From Octopus sinensis (lineage: Eukaryota): a stretch of 64,000 nucleotides of DNA. The stretch is taken from the NCBI RefSeq assembly GCF_006345805.1, contig NC_043006.1, positions 17,050,001 to 17,114,000 on the forward strand, in the 5' to 3' direction. The notes under the pieces are model-generated. The model saw only the letters and a program-made list of their open reading frames with translations, had not been told where the DNA came from and searched no databases. Positions 25,495-38,367 of the stretch are shown here, piece by piece; the stretch's first letter is position 1; every line of letters starts with the position of its first letter. The position numbers and the translations under genes were made by a program.

Positions 25495-26750
25495 CTTGCT
25501 TGCAAACAAGGTGAGAGTTGGCAACTGGAAGGGCATCTACTTCAATAATCTCTGTCTGGCCCATGCAAGCATGAAAAAGTGGACATTAAAACAATGATGA
25601 TGAGAGAGGATGACACAAACACATACTTGTTGATTGTGGCTCACTTTTGAAATTAATGATCATTTTGTCCTGCCTCTCCTCCCCATGAAATCGCTGGTCC
25701 TGCGCCAAAATGTGAAAGCATAGTGTGGCATGATGAGTATTAACACTATTTGGAAACAAGTGCAGGTCAGTAACAAGAAACATCCACTGGGTGAATACTG
25801 GCTCAATAAGTTTTCTCCAACCAACACCAGCATGGAAAAACAATTAATGAGGACATTCATATATATATATACCTTGCGCTTGGAAATAGGTGAGTGTTGG
25901 CAACAGGGAAGTGTCCAGCTGTAGAAAATCTGCCTAAGTGAATTCTCTCTGACCCTGGCAAGCATGGAAATGCAAGGTACATAATCTGCTTAATCCAGTT
26001 TGGTTGACTTATATAAAAAAAACCCAACCTATTTCAGTCTTCAAAGTAGAGTGGGTAGCAACTGTATTAATGGTACCTTACTGCAAAAGCAGTTATTCCA
26101 GCAGAACTTTGTCAAGCCCATGCATGCATGAAAAAAATACATTTATTGATTTTTTTTTTTATATCAAATATGAATGATGAAACACTGGTGTTTGTGCAAT
26201 CTCAGCCTTTCAAATTACATGCTGGTACTATGTATAATCCATGCCAGTACCACATATAAAGCACCTGTAGTTGTACCACATGTAAAGCACCCAGTACACT
26301 CTGTAAAGTAGTTGGTGTTAGGAAGGGCATTCAGCCATAAGGACCCTGCCAAAACAGACATGGAACCTGGGCAGCTCTCTGGTTGGCCAGCTCCTGTCAA
26401 ACTGTCCAACCCATGCCAGCATGGAAAACAGATGTTAAATGATGATGAAAGCATTAGCCAATCCAAGACTGTAGTAGAAGACAATTTCTCAAAGAGCTGA
26501 GCTTGAACACACAAACCATGAGGTTGTGAAACAAACATCTTAACCATGCAACCATGCCTGTGTACTAACGTGTGTATTGATTCTCAAATTATTATCTGGA
26601 TTTATAGTAACAGTGTAGATAAAACCTATTGGTGAAGCAAATTAATTGACATTTCAGTTTCCACGTGTAACCATTTCAATTAACTTTTATCACTAATGTC
26701 CTTGACTTAGTCATGAATGTAAAAAATTTCATTCCTCCTCCTCCTCCTCC

Positions 26751-26990
26751 TCATCATCATCATCATCATTTAACGTCTGCTTTCCATGTGGGTTGGACGG
26801 TTCAACTGGGGTCTGGGGAGCCCGAAGGCTGCACCAGGCCAGTCGGCAGTGTTTCTACAGCTGGATGCCCTTCCTAACGCCAACCACTCCGAGAGTGTAG
26901 TGGGTGATTTTATGTGCCACCGACACAGGTGCCAGACGAGGCTGGCGAACGGCCACGCTCGGATGGTGTTTTTTATGTGCCACCGACACA
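26751..26990 (-). mobile_element. RTE 3' tail copy (subtype A)
   Basis: Near-identical to 3606-3879. Confidence 0.85.
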
Positions 26991-27214
26991 TAATATATAA
27001 ATCTGAGCCTTTCTATAAGTGACACTTATTCACAGCTGGACTTTTGGGGGTTCTTTTCTTCTTGCAATTGCTTGATCATAATTTTTCTTTTATTTGCTAA
27101 TATAAATGATATCAGATTTAAATTTAACTCACTTGGAATTGAACAAGAAACTTTGTGGTTATGAAATGAATTTCGCAACCACACAGCTATGGTTAATTAT
27201 ACACTCCTCCACTT

Positions 27215-28195
27215 CTAATTTGGTCAACTAGGTAATGGAAACTGTCTACTGCCTCTAGTGATCTCTCTTGGCATAGGAGGAAATCTATTTCCTACGTGTT
27301 CTTTATTGTTCCTGCAGATCTGCCACTCACACAAAGACTACTTTCTCTGTTCACTTTTCTGTGATTTGACTGCCTCTCTGTGTTCATAGCTTGCATTGGA
27401 TACACTGTATGGAATTTCTATCTATGGTTTTTCTACATATTGAGCAGATTCATTTTTATCTGCTTTCCTGCTTACTAGTACTTTGGTCTTTGACTCTAGA
27501 CCTTGCTTCCACATTTGAAATTTCTTCTCTTAATTCTACTATAAATTCAGCTGTAAGAACAAAGTTACCAGCATAGAGAAGCTCTCATGAGCAACGAGTT
27601 TTAAATTCCTCTGTTATGGCCTGGAGAATTATGATAAGCAAGATTGAGCTGAAAACAAACCTTGATGGACTCCTACCTGCATGCTAAATTTATTGCTATA
27701 CTTATTGCTGACTTTCACCTTACTGACAGCATCCCTGAATATGACTTGACAGCTCTCATCAGTCACTCTTCTACCCCTAGTTTCTGCATCAACCACCAGA
27801 TGAGAGAGTGAGGGACCCTGTCAAAGGCTTTCTCCATATTGACAAATGCTAAGTACAGGTGGTTTATTTTGGGCTAAATGCTTCTCCTGCAGTTGCTTCA
27901 CCAGGAAGATAACACCAAACCATCTCATCTATGCTAACTCTCTTCCTAATTAGTTAAGCTATGACTCTTTCTGTAACTTCCATGATCTTGGCCAACAATT
28001 TGATACCTCTGTGGTTACTTCTAAAACATCTCCTTTACCTTTGTAGCAGTTGACTTCAATGGTGCTACATCAGTCATTGGGTATGACCACTGCCTGGTCA
28101 AACTGATTAGCTACATGAGTGACTAGGCTGTATCTCACTCTGCCAGATATTTTAAGCTTCTCGTGAATAATTCCTGATGGACCAAGGGCTTTGGG
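27215..28195 (-). mobile_element. Degraded RTE RT fragment in LAMTOR4 intron
   Basis: Segments such as CCCTGTCAAAGGCTTTCTCCA and TTTACCTTTGTAGCAGTTGAC match 35320-36370. Confidence 0.75.
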
Positions 28196-28480
28196 CTTTT
28201 TCAATCAAATCTACTCACAAGGACTATAACTTTAAGAGAAGATACTTACTCAATGTACCACACTCAATAGGATTGAATCTAAAGTTGTATGGTTGGGAAG
28301 CAAGCTTCTTAACCATACAGTGATTCTTTTCCCTGTTTATAAAGTAATACTGATGGTGGTTAGTTATTAGGCAGCCACAATTAATACATTGTCGTTATTT
28401 AAAATTTTTTTTTTTGAAATGTAAATAAAATTCCGCTTTTCAATGTTTCAAGTTTTACAAATTGTATTTTTATTTTACAG

Positions 28481-28575
28481 TACTCTGGGAGGATTTCATG
28501 TATGTCATCACTGTATCGAATCGCAAAATCTACGTATGCAAACGGATTTATCAACCAGAGGCTGTGAATGTTTGA
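28481..28575 (+). CDS. LAMTOR4: LAMTOR4, last coding exon
   Basis: TTTTACAG|; VLWEDFMYVITVSNRKIYVCKRIYQPEAVNV* (human [23 protein letters not shown]). Spliced product is 95 aa. Confidence 0.93.
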
Positions 28576-28611
28576 AGAAATGGTACCTGTGTATAAACTA
28601 CAGATTGTATA

Positions 28612-28617
28612 AATAAA
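28612..28617 (+). promoter_or_regulatory. Putative LAMTOR4 polyadenylation signal
   Basis: AATAAA 36 nt after the stop codon. Confidence 0.5.
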
Positions 28618-30573
28618 ATGTTATGTGGTAACTTGTTGTACAAAGCCAACGGACTGAAAGACAGAAAAACAGCAACGCAGACCCTCCTTTCTTTTTTCCT
28701 GTCTGGTCTTAAAAATCTTTTCCAAACTGACTGATTCCATGATTGATACATTTGAACATGCCTAATAAGTTCACTTAAGATCACTGTTCCAATCAAATAC
28801 TTTCCCTCCTCTAACTTAAATGAACAGAACAAGACGAAAAGTATATTGTTCTCTCTCTGCATCTGACTCTTCTTTCCGAGGCTGTTTTAGCCTTACTTTC
28901 TCTTTTAGACTGGATTTCTCTCTTTACATACACACACATACACATCACTATTAAATATGAGTAAGTACGTGTATGTAGAAAAACAGGTAAAAAAAAAAAA
29001 AATGATAGTAAAGCAGGAGCTTTATTTCCAGTTTATCTATGCATACATCTTACATATTTGTATTTAATAGGCACAAATATATTCTCTGAACTATCCTAAA
29101 TTATATTTGCTTTCATACGCAGACTTTTATGAAGAGATATAATGAATACTGTTTCTCAGAAGGTAACTGGAACTAAAATTACTGTTCAAACTGTTTGAGC
29201 TTTATATATATATACACATATATATACACACACATACACACATATATTTATATACATACACATATATATTTATATACATATACATAAATAAAAATCTGTA
29301 TGTGTATATATATATACACACACGTGTGTCTTGCACGTATGTATAATATATATATATATATATGTGCAAAATATTAGTTATTAATTTCTTTTTTTTTAAT
29401 TATGGAAATCTTCTTTAGGAGGTGGCCACCAAGGAAGTACAGTCCAAGATTTGGTGCTTCACTAGGTGCAACTTGGTGTTACTTCAATTGACAACTCGGT
29501 TGGTGTTAAGCCTGGTTAAGAGAAATCAGTTTCAAAATCTTTTATATTTGAGATTTTAATAGCTTTGAAATCATTTATTTACTTTCTATTGCAACAGTTT
29601 TCTAAGAATTAAAGACTTTTTGGTTTACAACTGACACCGCCAATCTTGATAAGTCGTATCTTATTATCATGAACAAAATATACCTGCGCCATGTAACTAA
29701 GATATGATAAACTCGGTGTATGCAATTGAAACATCATTAAATCAAAATAGCTGTCTGTGTACCATACCTAATATATACACACCATTAAAAGGCATAATGC
29801 TGTGATTTTCATTCAAGAAAAAATTTCTTCATAGATATGTATTAAATATACATCAGAGCAAGACAAACTCTCTTGTAGTTGTGTCTCATGAGAGTTCTCA
29901 TGAGTTGCTGCTGTGCTGTTTGCTTTACTCCAATATATGTTGTCTGCAAAGAGATTTCCTCACAGACGAAAATCACAGCATCATGCCTTTCAATGATCTA
30001 TATATGTTACGTATCACAGTTGGTTATTTTATATGAATTTTAAAGTTGGTTTTCAGTCAGACAAAAATTTTAAATGATATAAAACGACATAAAGTTGGAA
30101 TTATTTTCTTTAATTAGTAATAATAATATTTTTATATGGTTTATTTTCCTTAAGTAATTGACTTCTACTATTTAACTAAGTAACTTTACTAAAATATTTC
30201 CATCTAGGTGAATCTAGGGTTTGATTAGAAATCAACTCACCTTGATTACAGTATTTCTTTTTACTTACGTACATCATGTTATCTATTTTATTTTATACTT
30301 TGTTTTCTTCTTTGCCTTTTCCAGATTTTTTTAATTTTTATTTTTCGTTATATCGACTTTTCTTAAGCTCAAAAGTAACCATGATGTGTTCAAAGACACG
30401 CAAAAAAGAAAAATATATAAAGAAATTCACCCAAATATGCATGCTTCTTTCCTGAATAAGCTTCTGAATAAGATCCCCTTGACCTTCCTTACAAATCCAG
30501 CAAAATTATCATGGCTGATTATTTAATAAAGTATTTATAAAATGTGTGTGTATGTATATATGTATGTATGTAT

Positions 30574-30607
<34 letters not shown>

Positions 30608-31102
30608 ATTAAATATATATATATATTAAATATAAAATTGAAAAAATGATAAAGAATCTTTCATAAAAAAAATGTGCATTTGTCTTTTTATGTGTAGAAA
30701 CATCAATTCATCATCTTATTTATGTTCCACTCACTTTTATTTTAAGTTGGTGCTTCTAATGTCGAGTAACATCATCATTATTTAATGTCCACTTTTCTTT
30801 GAAGCAGGTTTTCTACAACCATGTGTCTTTCTTGTGTCCAACCCTCATGTGCTTTTAAGTATGGTAATATTTCCTTATGGCCAGTCTTTTACTAAATACC
30901 TAGATCAACCAAAGCTTTGTGAGTGGATCTGGTAGACAGAAATTAAAAGAAGCCTTTTGTGTGTGTGTGTGTGTATCTTGACACTATTGTGTTCTGTGGA
31001 AAATGTCTGGTCATGGTGAAATATTACTTGTTGGAAACCAGTAAGGGTTGGCAACAGGAAAAGTGGATGTTAAAAAATATGATATATGGATGTATATGTA
31101 AA

Positions 31103-31394
31103 CATCATCGTCATTGTTTAACGTCAATTTTCCGTGCTAGCACGGGTTAAACGGTTCGACTGGGGTCTGGGAAGCCAGGAGGCTGCACCAGGCTCCAGTC
31201 TGATCTGGCAATGTTTCTACAGCTGGATGCCCTTCCTAACGCCAACCACTCCGTGAGTGTAGTGGGTGCTTTTTATGTGCCACCGGCACAGGTGCCAGAA
31301 GAGGCTGGCAGCGGCCACGATCGGTTGGTGCTTTTTACGTGCCACCGGCACAGAAGCCAGTCAAGGCGGCACTGGCATCGGCCACGTTCGGATG
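31103..31394 (-). mobile_element. RTE 3' tail copy (subtype A)
   Basis: Same tail and hairpin repeats as 34227-34620. Confidence 0.85.
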
Positions 31395-31765
31395 CTATAT
31401 TTAACTATTTCTCTGTAGATTGAAAGAAATTAACAGCCTTCATCAATTTTTTAGCCTTATTGGGGTCTCATTAGAGGTGTCAACATCACTTGACCAGTCT
31501 CAGAGAAATAAATAGCCTATTTGTTTCTATACACAATAAATCCAGTATTTTCAGGGAATTGGAGCTGCTAATTTTGCACATGGCAAGTCTTTAACACTCT
31601 GTTTAACGTGATTGACAGTGGGGATCCCAATCCACACAGTATCAAAGTAGGTTATGATTTATGTAAACCTGCCAAATCTACACATGATCTTCGGTCAACC
31701 CAGGGATATTGGAGACACTTCACCCAAGATACTGTGTAGTGGGGCTGAACCCTTTTGAGTAAAAA

Positions 31766-32054
31766 GGATAAAGACCCCCTTCGGTCATAATGACCATGGG
31801 ATTGCATCTAGAAAGTTACCCTCCAAGGCACAAGTCCTAGCAAGGTTGTTTATGGATGACCACCAGTCGATCATACATACCAGCCTCCCTTCTCTTCGCC
31901 ATTGATGTTATCCAAGGGAAAGGCATCAGTGAACTGGAGCAACATGAAATAAAGTGTTTTGCTCAAGAACAACCCACGGCCTGGTCTGGGAATCGAACTC
32001 ACTACCTCATGATTGTGAGGAGTCCAGCGCTCTAACCACTGAGCCATGCGCCTT
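31766..32054 (-). mobile_element. tRNA-derived SINE sharing its head with family S4 but with a different 3' part
   Basis: Minus-strand head AGGCGCATGGCTCAGTGGTTAGAGCG and CTTGAGCAAAACACTTTATTTCATGTTGCTCCAGTTCACT, as in 54520-55276. Confidence 0.6.
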
Positions 32055-32508
32055 TGGTTGACTAACCAAGTTACATGGCTCTCAGATCATAAGTCATAAA
32101 TCACAGGTTCAAATATTGACGTTGTATTGCATGGTATGTCTCTAGCTCTTTTTATCAATAGGCATAACATGCATGTTATAGTTAAGTTGGTAAATGTTAA
32201 AAAGAAAAAAATAACTGTCCAGGAATAAAGCATCTGTTACAAGAATTCCTGTGAATTTTCAGAATACTACACTCTCAAAGAATCAGTTACAGAAGGTAGA
32301 TTGACCAAAGTGTTGACTTTACAGTTGAGAGGTTAACCATTTGTATAATAATGTAGTGTTGCTCTGTAACTCTAGCTTAACTCTCAATTCGTACTCCTAA
32401 CTGAAACTACTATGGGTTACAGAAATGATCTCTGTGACGCAGCTGGGTTTGGAATGCACTTTAACATAACGAAACACTTGTCAATTATAATTAATGAATA
32501 ATTTACTA

Positions 32509-33137
32509 TTTAGCACTTTAGTATTTAAACTGATTATATTTGGCTCAAATATTCTTGCTTTATGTTTGAACAGATCAGATCCAGCCTCTTATGCCTACCC
32601 TACACTGTCATTCAAAAGTTAGACAATCCTGTCATCGAATTTTCAAAGCTACAAGTCAAAATTACTTGTACTTGTGGTGACATTCACCCTGGGCGGGTTG
32701 AGTCGGCTTCTTCTACCACCCTCGAGGCATCTCGAAGAAGTTGGAAGAAGTTTCATGGGAATATGTGGATTTCACAAGCAGTCTCCAATAATCCCGCATG
32801 TAGAGACATCCTGTTTGCCACAGATTGTCCGCAGACGCAGGGACAGAATGACCGAGGAGCCGCCGGTTGCCGAAACAGACACTCCGAGGATTTTCACCAG
32901 AGCCCCGTCTGCCAGGTTGTGGCCCTAATACCACTCGGTGTCAGACCAATCTGCTTTGGGTGGTTCTACCAGGAACCGAAGTTCCCGACGGCATAGCTCT
33001 GACACTACCTGTTGCCAGCGTCCCCACCACGGTGAGGAGGGGATGGACTATGGGGACAAGTCAAAATATGATTAATTCAAAACAATATGAATAAATAAAT
33101 ATTAGATTTGACAATAATCTGAATGCTCATGGGTTAA
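32509..33137 (-). mobile_element. TTAA-type MITE split by a 393-bp insertion
   Basis: 33061-33137 matches the MITE 5' end and 32509-32662 matches its 3' half (compare 47000-47215 and 54272-54465). Confidence 0.75.
32663..33055 (-). mobile_element. 5'-truncated non-LTR retroelement 3' end with (ACAAGT)n tail
   Basis: Flanked by the 12-bp direct repeat ACAAGTCAAAAT (32651-62 and 33056-67). Minus-strand 3' end is ACAAGTACAAGTA. GC/CpG-rich relative to flanks. Family not identified. Confidence 0.65.
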
Positions 33138-33149
33138 ACAATTCTCTGT

Positions 33150-33640
33150 TTCTATAACAACTGACTTCTGACTCTGGGCTAGAAGGATGCCAAGAAGCAA
33201 ACCAGTCTGGAAGAGAGAGATCTGGAGGCTTAAGGATCCTCTGAATAGAGATTTAGTAATGTTCTAATTGAAGCATTTAAGGAGAAGGAGGTGGAAATAT
33301 GATTAAGAGAACAACTGGAGGTTCCTACAGGACAACTTAATGAGGCTCCACTGACCAGATGTGTGGCTGGTGCAAAGTCCCCTCTAGAGCTAAGGTGACA
33401 TGGTGGTGGGACAGGAAAATAGACAAGACCATTATAGTAAAGAAATGCGACTGGAAGAGTGGTGGTAGTAAATAACTATATCAGGAAGCTAGGAGACAGA
33501 TGTATTTAGCTATGACAGAAAGGAAGAAGTTTGCCAATGTTCTGTGGCATGAGGACCAGAGGGTTGATTTATTTTGGATTGCGAAACAGTGTGTCAGAGA
33601 AAATTATGATGGTTCACTTGCAGTTAGTGATTTTGCAAAG
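33150..33640 (+). mobile_element. Degraded internal RTE ORF fragment
   Basis: Translates to IWRLKDPLN, TDQMCGWCKVP, VTWWWD and KKFANVLWHEDQR, matching the 598-aa RTE ORF. Confidence 0.75.
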
Positions 33641-34226
33641 AAAGAAGCTTAGAAGTGCCACGATGAAAGGTTGTTAAATGTAGAGAATGCATAGTAGAAG
33701 GAGACTCTGCCTAATGTGGACCCAACAGAGAGATCAGCTATCTGAATCAAGAGTAGGATGGTAGATAAAGCATAAAAGGCACCCATGCTGATGCCACAAA
33801 GAGTACCCAGTATGCTCTGTAAAGAGCCTGGTATTAGGAAAGGCATCCAGCTGTAGAAACTTGGCCAAGACAGACAATTAGGGCCTAGTGTACCTCTCTG
33901 ACTTGCCAGCTCCTATCAAACCATACAACACATGCCAGCATGGGAAACAGGTGTTAAAAGATTATGATTTACTTAGTTGTTCTCCCATCAATACTATGGT
34001 AAGTATGGTGAAGGCTATATGTTTCGCTGATGAGGTGTCAATAAGACTAAATTATGTCCAGAGTTACCTCCTATATTTGCTGGAATAATTAAAGCAATAC
34101 TAATTATTGAGTAATATTTTCTTTCTTTTTTTTGTTTTTTTTGCCTCATTTATATAGCTATTTCTAATGTAGCTGATTAGCAGAATCAGTAATGTTGGAT
34201 ATTGTCCTGAGTTCAAATTCCACTGA

Positions 34227-37200
34227 CATCATCATCATCATCATCATCATCGTTTAACGTCCGCTTTCCATGCTAGCATGGGTTGGACGGTTCAACTGGG
34301 GTCTGGGAAGCCCAAAGGCTGCACCAGGCCAGTCAGATCTGGCAGTGTTTCTACAGCTGGATGCCCTTCCTAACGCCAACCACTCCATGAGTGTAGTGGG
34401 TGCTTTTTATGTGCCACCGACACAGGTGCCAGATGAGGCTGGCGAACGGCCACGCTCGGATGGTGTTTTTTACGTGCCACCGGCACGGAAGCCAGGCGAG
34501 GCTGGCACGGCCACGATCGGATGGTATTTGTTACGTGCCCACAGCACGGAGGCCAGTCGATGCGGTACTGGCTACGGCCATGTTTGGATGGTTTTCTTAT
34601 GTGCCACCGGCACTGGTACCACAAAAATACAAATTCCATTGATGTTCATCGATTTTGATTTGATTTGATTTTCACTTGCCTGAACAGGTCTTCACAAGTA
34701 GAGTTATGTGTCCCAAGAAGGAAGGTATGCACAGGTGGACTGACTGCGTCCCAGGTAGGGGCCATGGGTTATGGCCTCACGTGTCCTGCCGGGTCTTCTT
34801 GTGCACAGCATACTTCTCTGGTCATTTCCTCGGTGAGACCTAAAGCGCAAAGGTCATTCTTCACCACCTCGTCCCAGGTTTTCCTGGGTCTACCTCTTCC
34901 ACGGGTTCCCTCAACCGCTAGGGTGTGGCACTTTTTCACACAACTATCTTCATCCATTCTTACTACGTGTCCATACCAGCGTAGACGCCTCTCTTGCACA
35001 CCACATCTGATGCTTCTTAGGTCCAACTTTTCTCTCAAAGCACTTACACTCTGTCGGGTATGAACACTGACATTACACATCCAACGGAGCATACTGGCTT
35101 CATTTCTTGCAAGCTTATGCATATCCTCAGCAGTCACGGCCCATGTTTCACTGCCATGTAGCATGGCTGTTCGCACATATGCGTCATACAGTCTGCCTTT
35201 TACTCTGAGTGAGAGGCCTTTTGTCACCAGCAGAGGTAAGAGCTCTCTGAACTTTGCCCAGGCTATTCTTACTCTAGCAGTTACACTTTCGGCACACCCA
35301 CCCCCACTACTGACTTGGTCACCTAGGTAATGGAAACTATCAACTATTTCAAGTTTTTCTCCCTGGAATGTGACGGAAGATGGTCTCTGTGCATCTTCAG
35401 TCTTTATTGAACCAGAGAATCTGCCACATACAAAACTATCTTCCTAGTTAGCCTTCCTTTGACATTGCTGCACCTCTTATGTGTCCATAGCTTACACTTG
35501 GTGCATCTTATAGAGTTCCTACCTACGCCTTTTCTACAGATCGAGCAGGGCCATCTACTTGAAGGCGTTTGAGATTTGTCTACCTTCCTACTTATTAGGA
35601 CTTTGGTTTTAGCTAGATTGACTCTAAGGCCCTTCGATTTTAATCCTTGCTTCCATGCCTGAAACTTCACCTCGAGTTCTGATCATGATTCAACAATTAG
35701 AGCAAGGTCGTCAGCATAGAGGAGCTCCCAGGGGCATCCTGTCTTGAATTCCTCCGTTATTGCCCGGAGGACTATGATAAATAGGAGGGGGCTGAGGACT
35801 AAGCCTTCGTGGACCCCAACCTCCACCCGGAATTCTTCACTGTACTCGTTGCCAACCCTCACGTTACTAACAGCATCCCTGTACATGGCACGCACAGCTC
35901 TCACTAACCATTCATCTATCCCTAGTTTCCTCATTGACCACCAGATAAGGGATCGGGGGAACCCTGTCAAAGGCTTTCTCCAAGTCAACGAAAGCCAGGT
36001 ACAGAGTTTTATCTTTGGCTAGGTATTTCTCCTGCAGCTGTCTCACCAGAAATATGGCATCAGTGGTGCTTTTTCCTGGCATGAAGCCAAACTGCATCTC
36101 GTCTAGGTTGGCTCTCTCTCTAATCAGTTGGGCTATGACCCTTTCCATAACCTTCATTACCTGATCCAACAGCTTAATACCTCTGTAATTACTTGTATCT
36201 AGGGTGTCACCTTTACCTTTGTAGCAGTTGACTATTATGCTACTACACCAGTCATTGGGTATGACTCCTTTGTGTATCACCTGGTTAACTATACAGGTGA
36301 CTAGGCTATAGCCAACACTGCCAGATATTTTGAGCATCTCAGCAGTAATTCCTGATGGGCCTGGGGCTTTCCCTGTCTTCATGCTTCCAATTGCCTTAAC
36401 TACCATGGAACTGTCAACTCGGATAGCTGGTCCCTCTATTGGGTCGACATTCGGCAGACTCTCTTTATCCCATTCATTCTCTTTGTTGAGCAACCTTTCA
36501 TAGTGGCATCTCCAAACCTCTCTCTTTGCATCCTCATTTAGCGCAAGTGAACCATCATCCATGCGAACACACTTCTCTCCTACCACATCATGATTCTCTC
36601 TCACACACTGTCTTGCAACACGAAACACCTCAAGTCTTTGGTCTTCACGGCGCAGAACATTGGCAAATTTTTTCTTATCTGCTTCCCCTCTAGCTAAATA
36701 TACCTGTCTCCTAGCTTCTCTTTTCGCAGTCTGATACAATTCCCTACTACCGCCTTTCCTCCAGTCCTTCCAAGCCTGTCTCTTGTCTCTAATAGCCCTG
36801 TCTACAACATTGTTCCACCACCACGTTACCCTGGGACGAGATGGGACTTTGCTCCATCCACAGATCTGGTCAGTGGCTCTCAGCAGAATGTCCTGTAGAA
36901 ACCTCCTGTTGGCTTCCACATTATGTGATGCTATATCCCCTTCTATTTCGTCGAAAGCTTCGAGTAGAACTTCTCTAAATCTCCGTCCATTTACAGGATC
37001 TTTAAGTTTCCAGACTCTTCTTCTCCGAGCTGGTCTTCTTCTGGGCAGCCATTTGGCCCTGATCCTGAAGTCGCTAACTACTAATCTATGTTGAGGAGTA
37101 CATTCCTCGCCTGGGAAGGTTTTGGCATTTATAAGCAGCCCTCTTTTCCTCTTTCTGGCGAGGATGTAGTCGATCTGGCTAGTGTGTCTGCCAGAACGGT

Positions 37201-37730
37201 AGGTGACTAGGTGAGAGGTGGGTTTCCTGAAGCTGGTATTGCAAATCATAAGGTCATTTGCATCGCAGAACTCCAGCAGCCTGGTTCCCTCCTTATTGCG
37301 AGAACCAAAACCGTAGCCCCCGTGTATGCCATGGAAGCCCCCGACATGCCATCCAACATGTCCATTGAAGTCACCTGCCACAAAGAGAAGGTCACTGTCA
37401 TTTGTCAACGAGGTAGTCTGTAATAGGGTGTCATAGAATCGGTCTTTCTGTCCTTCTGGTAGCCCCGGCTGAGGGGCATATGCCGAGATAATGGTTGCTG
37501 ACCTATGATAAAGCACTAGTCTAATCTTAAGTATTCTGTCACATATTCTGACTACCTCGACTACCTTATCAACCCATTTCTCTGCAAGAAGTATACCCAC
37601 GCCCCCGACCCCGTCAGTGTTCCCTGTCCAGAAAATCTTGGACATGTGTTCCTTGCCTGTGAGGAACCTAGCGAACCTCCTCTCCACCTTACTTCTTGGA
37701 TGCAGCACAAATCCACTTACTTTTCATCTT
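34227..37730 (-). mobile_element. Near-full-length RTE-clade LINE, slightly 5'-truncated and frameshifted
   Basis: EN (DLCCIQEVRW, ISAYAPQ, VAGDFNGHVG, SQIDYIL), RT (KAPGPSG, NYRGIKLL, QFGF, AFVDLEKAFDRVP, LLYADDL), C-terminal RLRWYGHV..RGRPRKTW, then a repeat-rich 3' UTR and (GAT)n tail. Confidence 0.95.
35912..37708 (-). pseudogene. RTE endonuclease plus N-terminal RT, longest intact frame (598 aa)
   Basis: Frameshifts near 37675 and 35950 and a stop near 35685 separate it from the remaining ORF pieces (35683-35988, 35404-35670, 34769-35227). Confidence 0.9.
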
Positions 37731-38137
37731 GTCAGGTTTGATAAAAGAAAACAGTACCAATTCACAGCGGTGAATTAATAGAACTATTAGCAATTTGGGC
37801 AAGATGCCTTGCAGTATGTATTATTGCTTTTTGTGTCCTCATAGCAATGACACTGGTGCCAAACTGTCCTGACCAAAGTCAATAATGTAAACTGAGCAGA
37901 GATTATTAATCACAGAATATACAGTAACTCAATAGTTTGTTTCTCTTTTTGTTATGGCTTAGTCTGAAGAAGGCAGCATCTGTGACTCTTGCGTAACTGG
38001 TACTGGAAGGAGAATATAAGAGGAAGAAATCAGATATCTTTTAAACTTTTGATCCCAACCTGATTGAAACTGATGCTGATTCTATGATACAAACATCCTC
38101 TTTTGAAATGATTTACATTAAAAACTTCATGATTCCA

Positions 38138-38331
38138 TACTCTTTTTCTTGTTTCAGTCATTTGACTGTGGCCATGCTGGAGCACCACCTATAGTCGAGC
38201 AAGTCGACGCCAGGACTTATTCTTTGTAAGCCTAGTACTTATTCTACCGGTCTCTTTTGCTGAACCACTAAGTTACGGGGACGTAAACATACAGGCATCA
38301 GTTGTCAAGCAATGTTGGTGGACAAACATAT

Positions 38332-38367
<36 letters not shown>

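Noticed and set aside
29410-29520. GC-richer exon-like block with a YSPRFG neuropeptide-like string
   Set aside because: Several frames on both strands are equally plausible, and no basic cleavage site follows the Gly.
32562-32996. 144-aa ORF across a GC-rich island
   Set aside because: Starts within a MITE and runs antisense through a TSD-flanked retroelement fragment.
34400-34620. Regularly spaced palindromic repeats resembling a CRISPR array
   Set aside because: They are the RTE 3' UTR repeats; spacers are related to each other, the context is eukaryotic and there are no cas genes.
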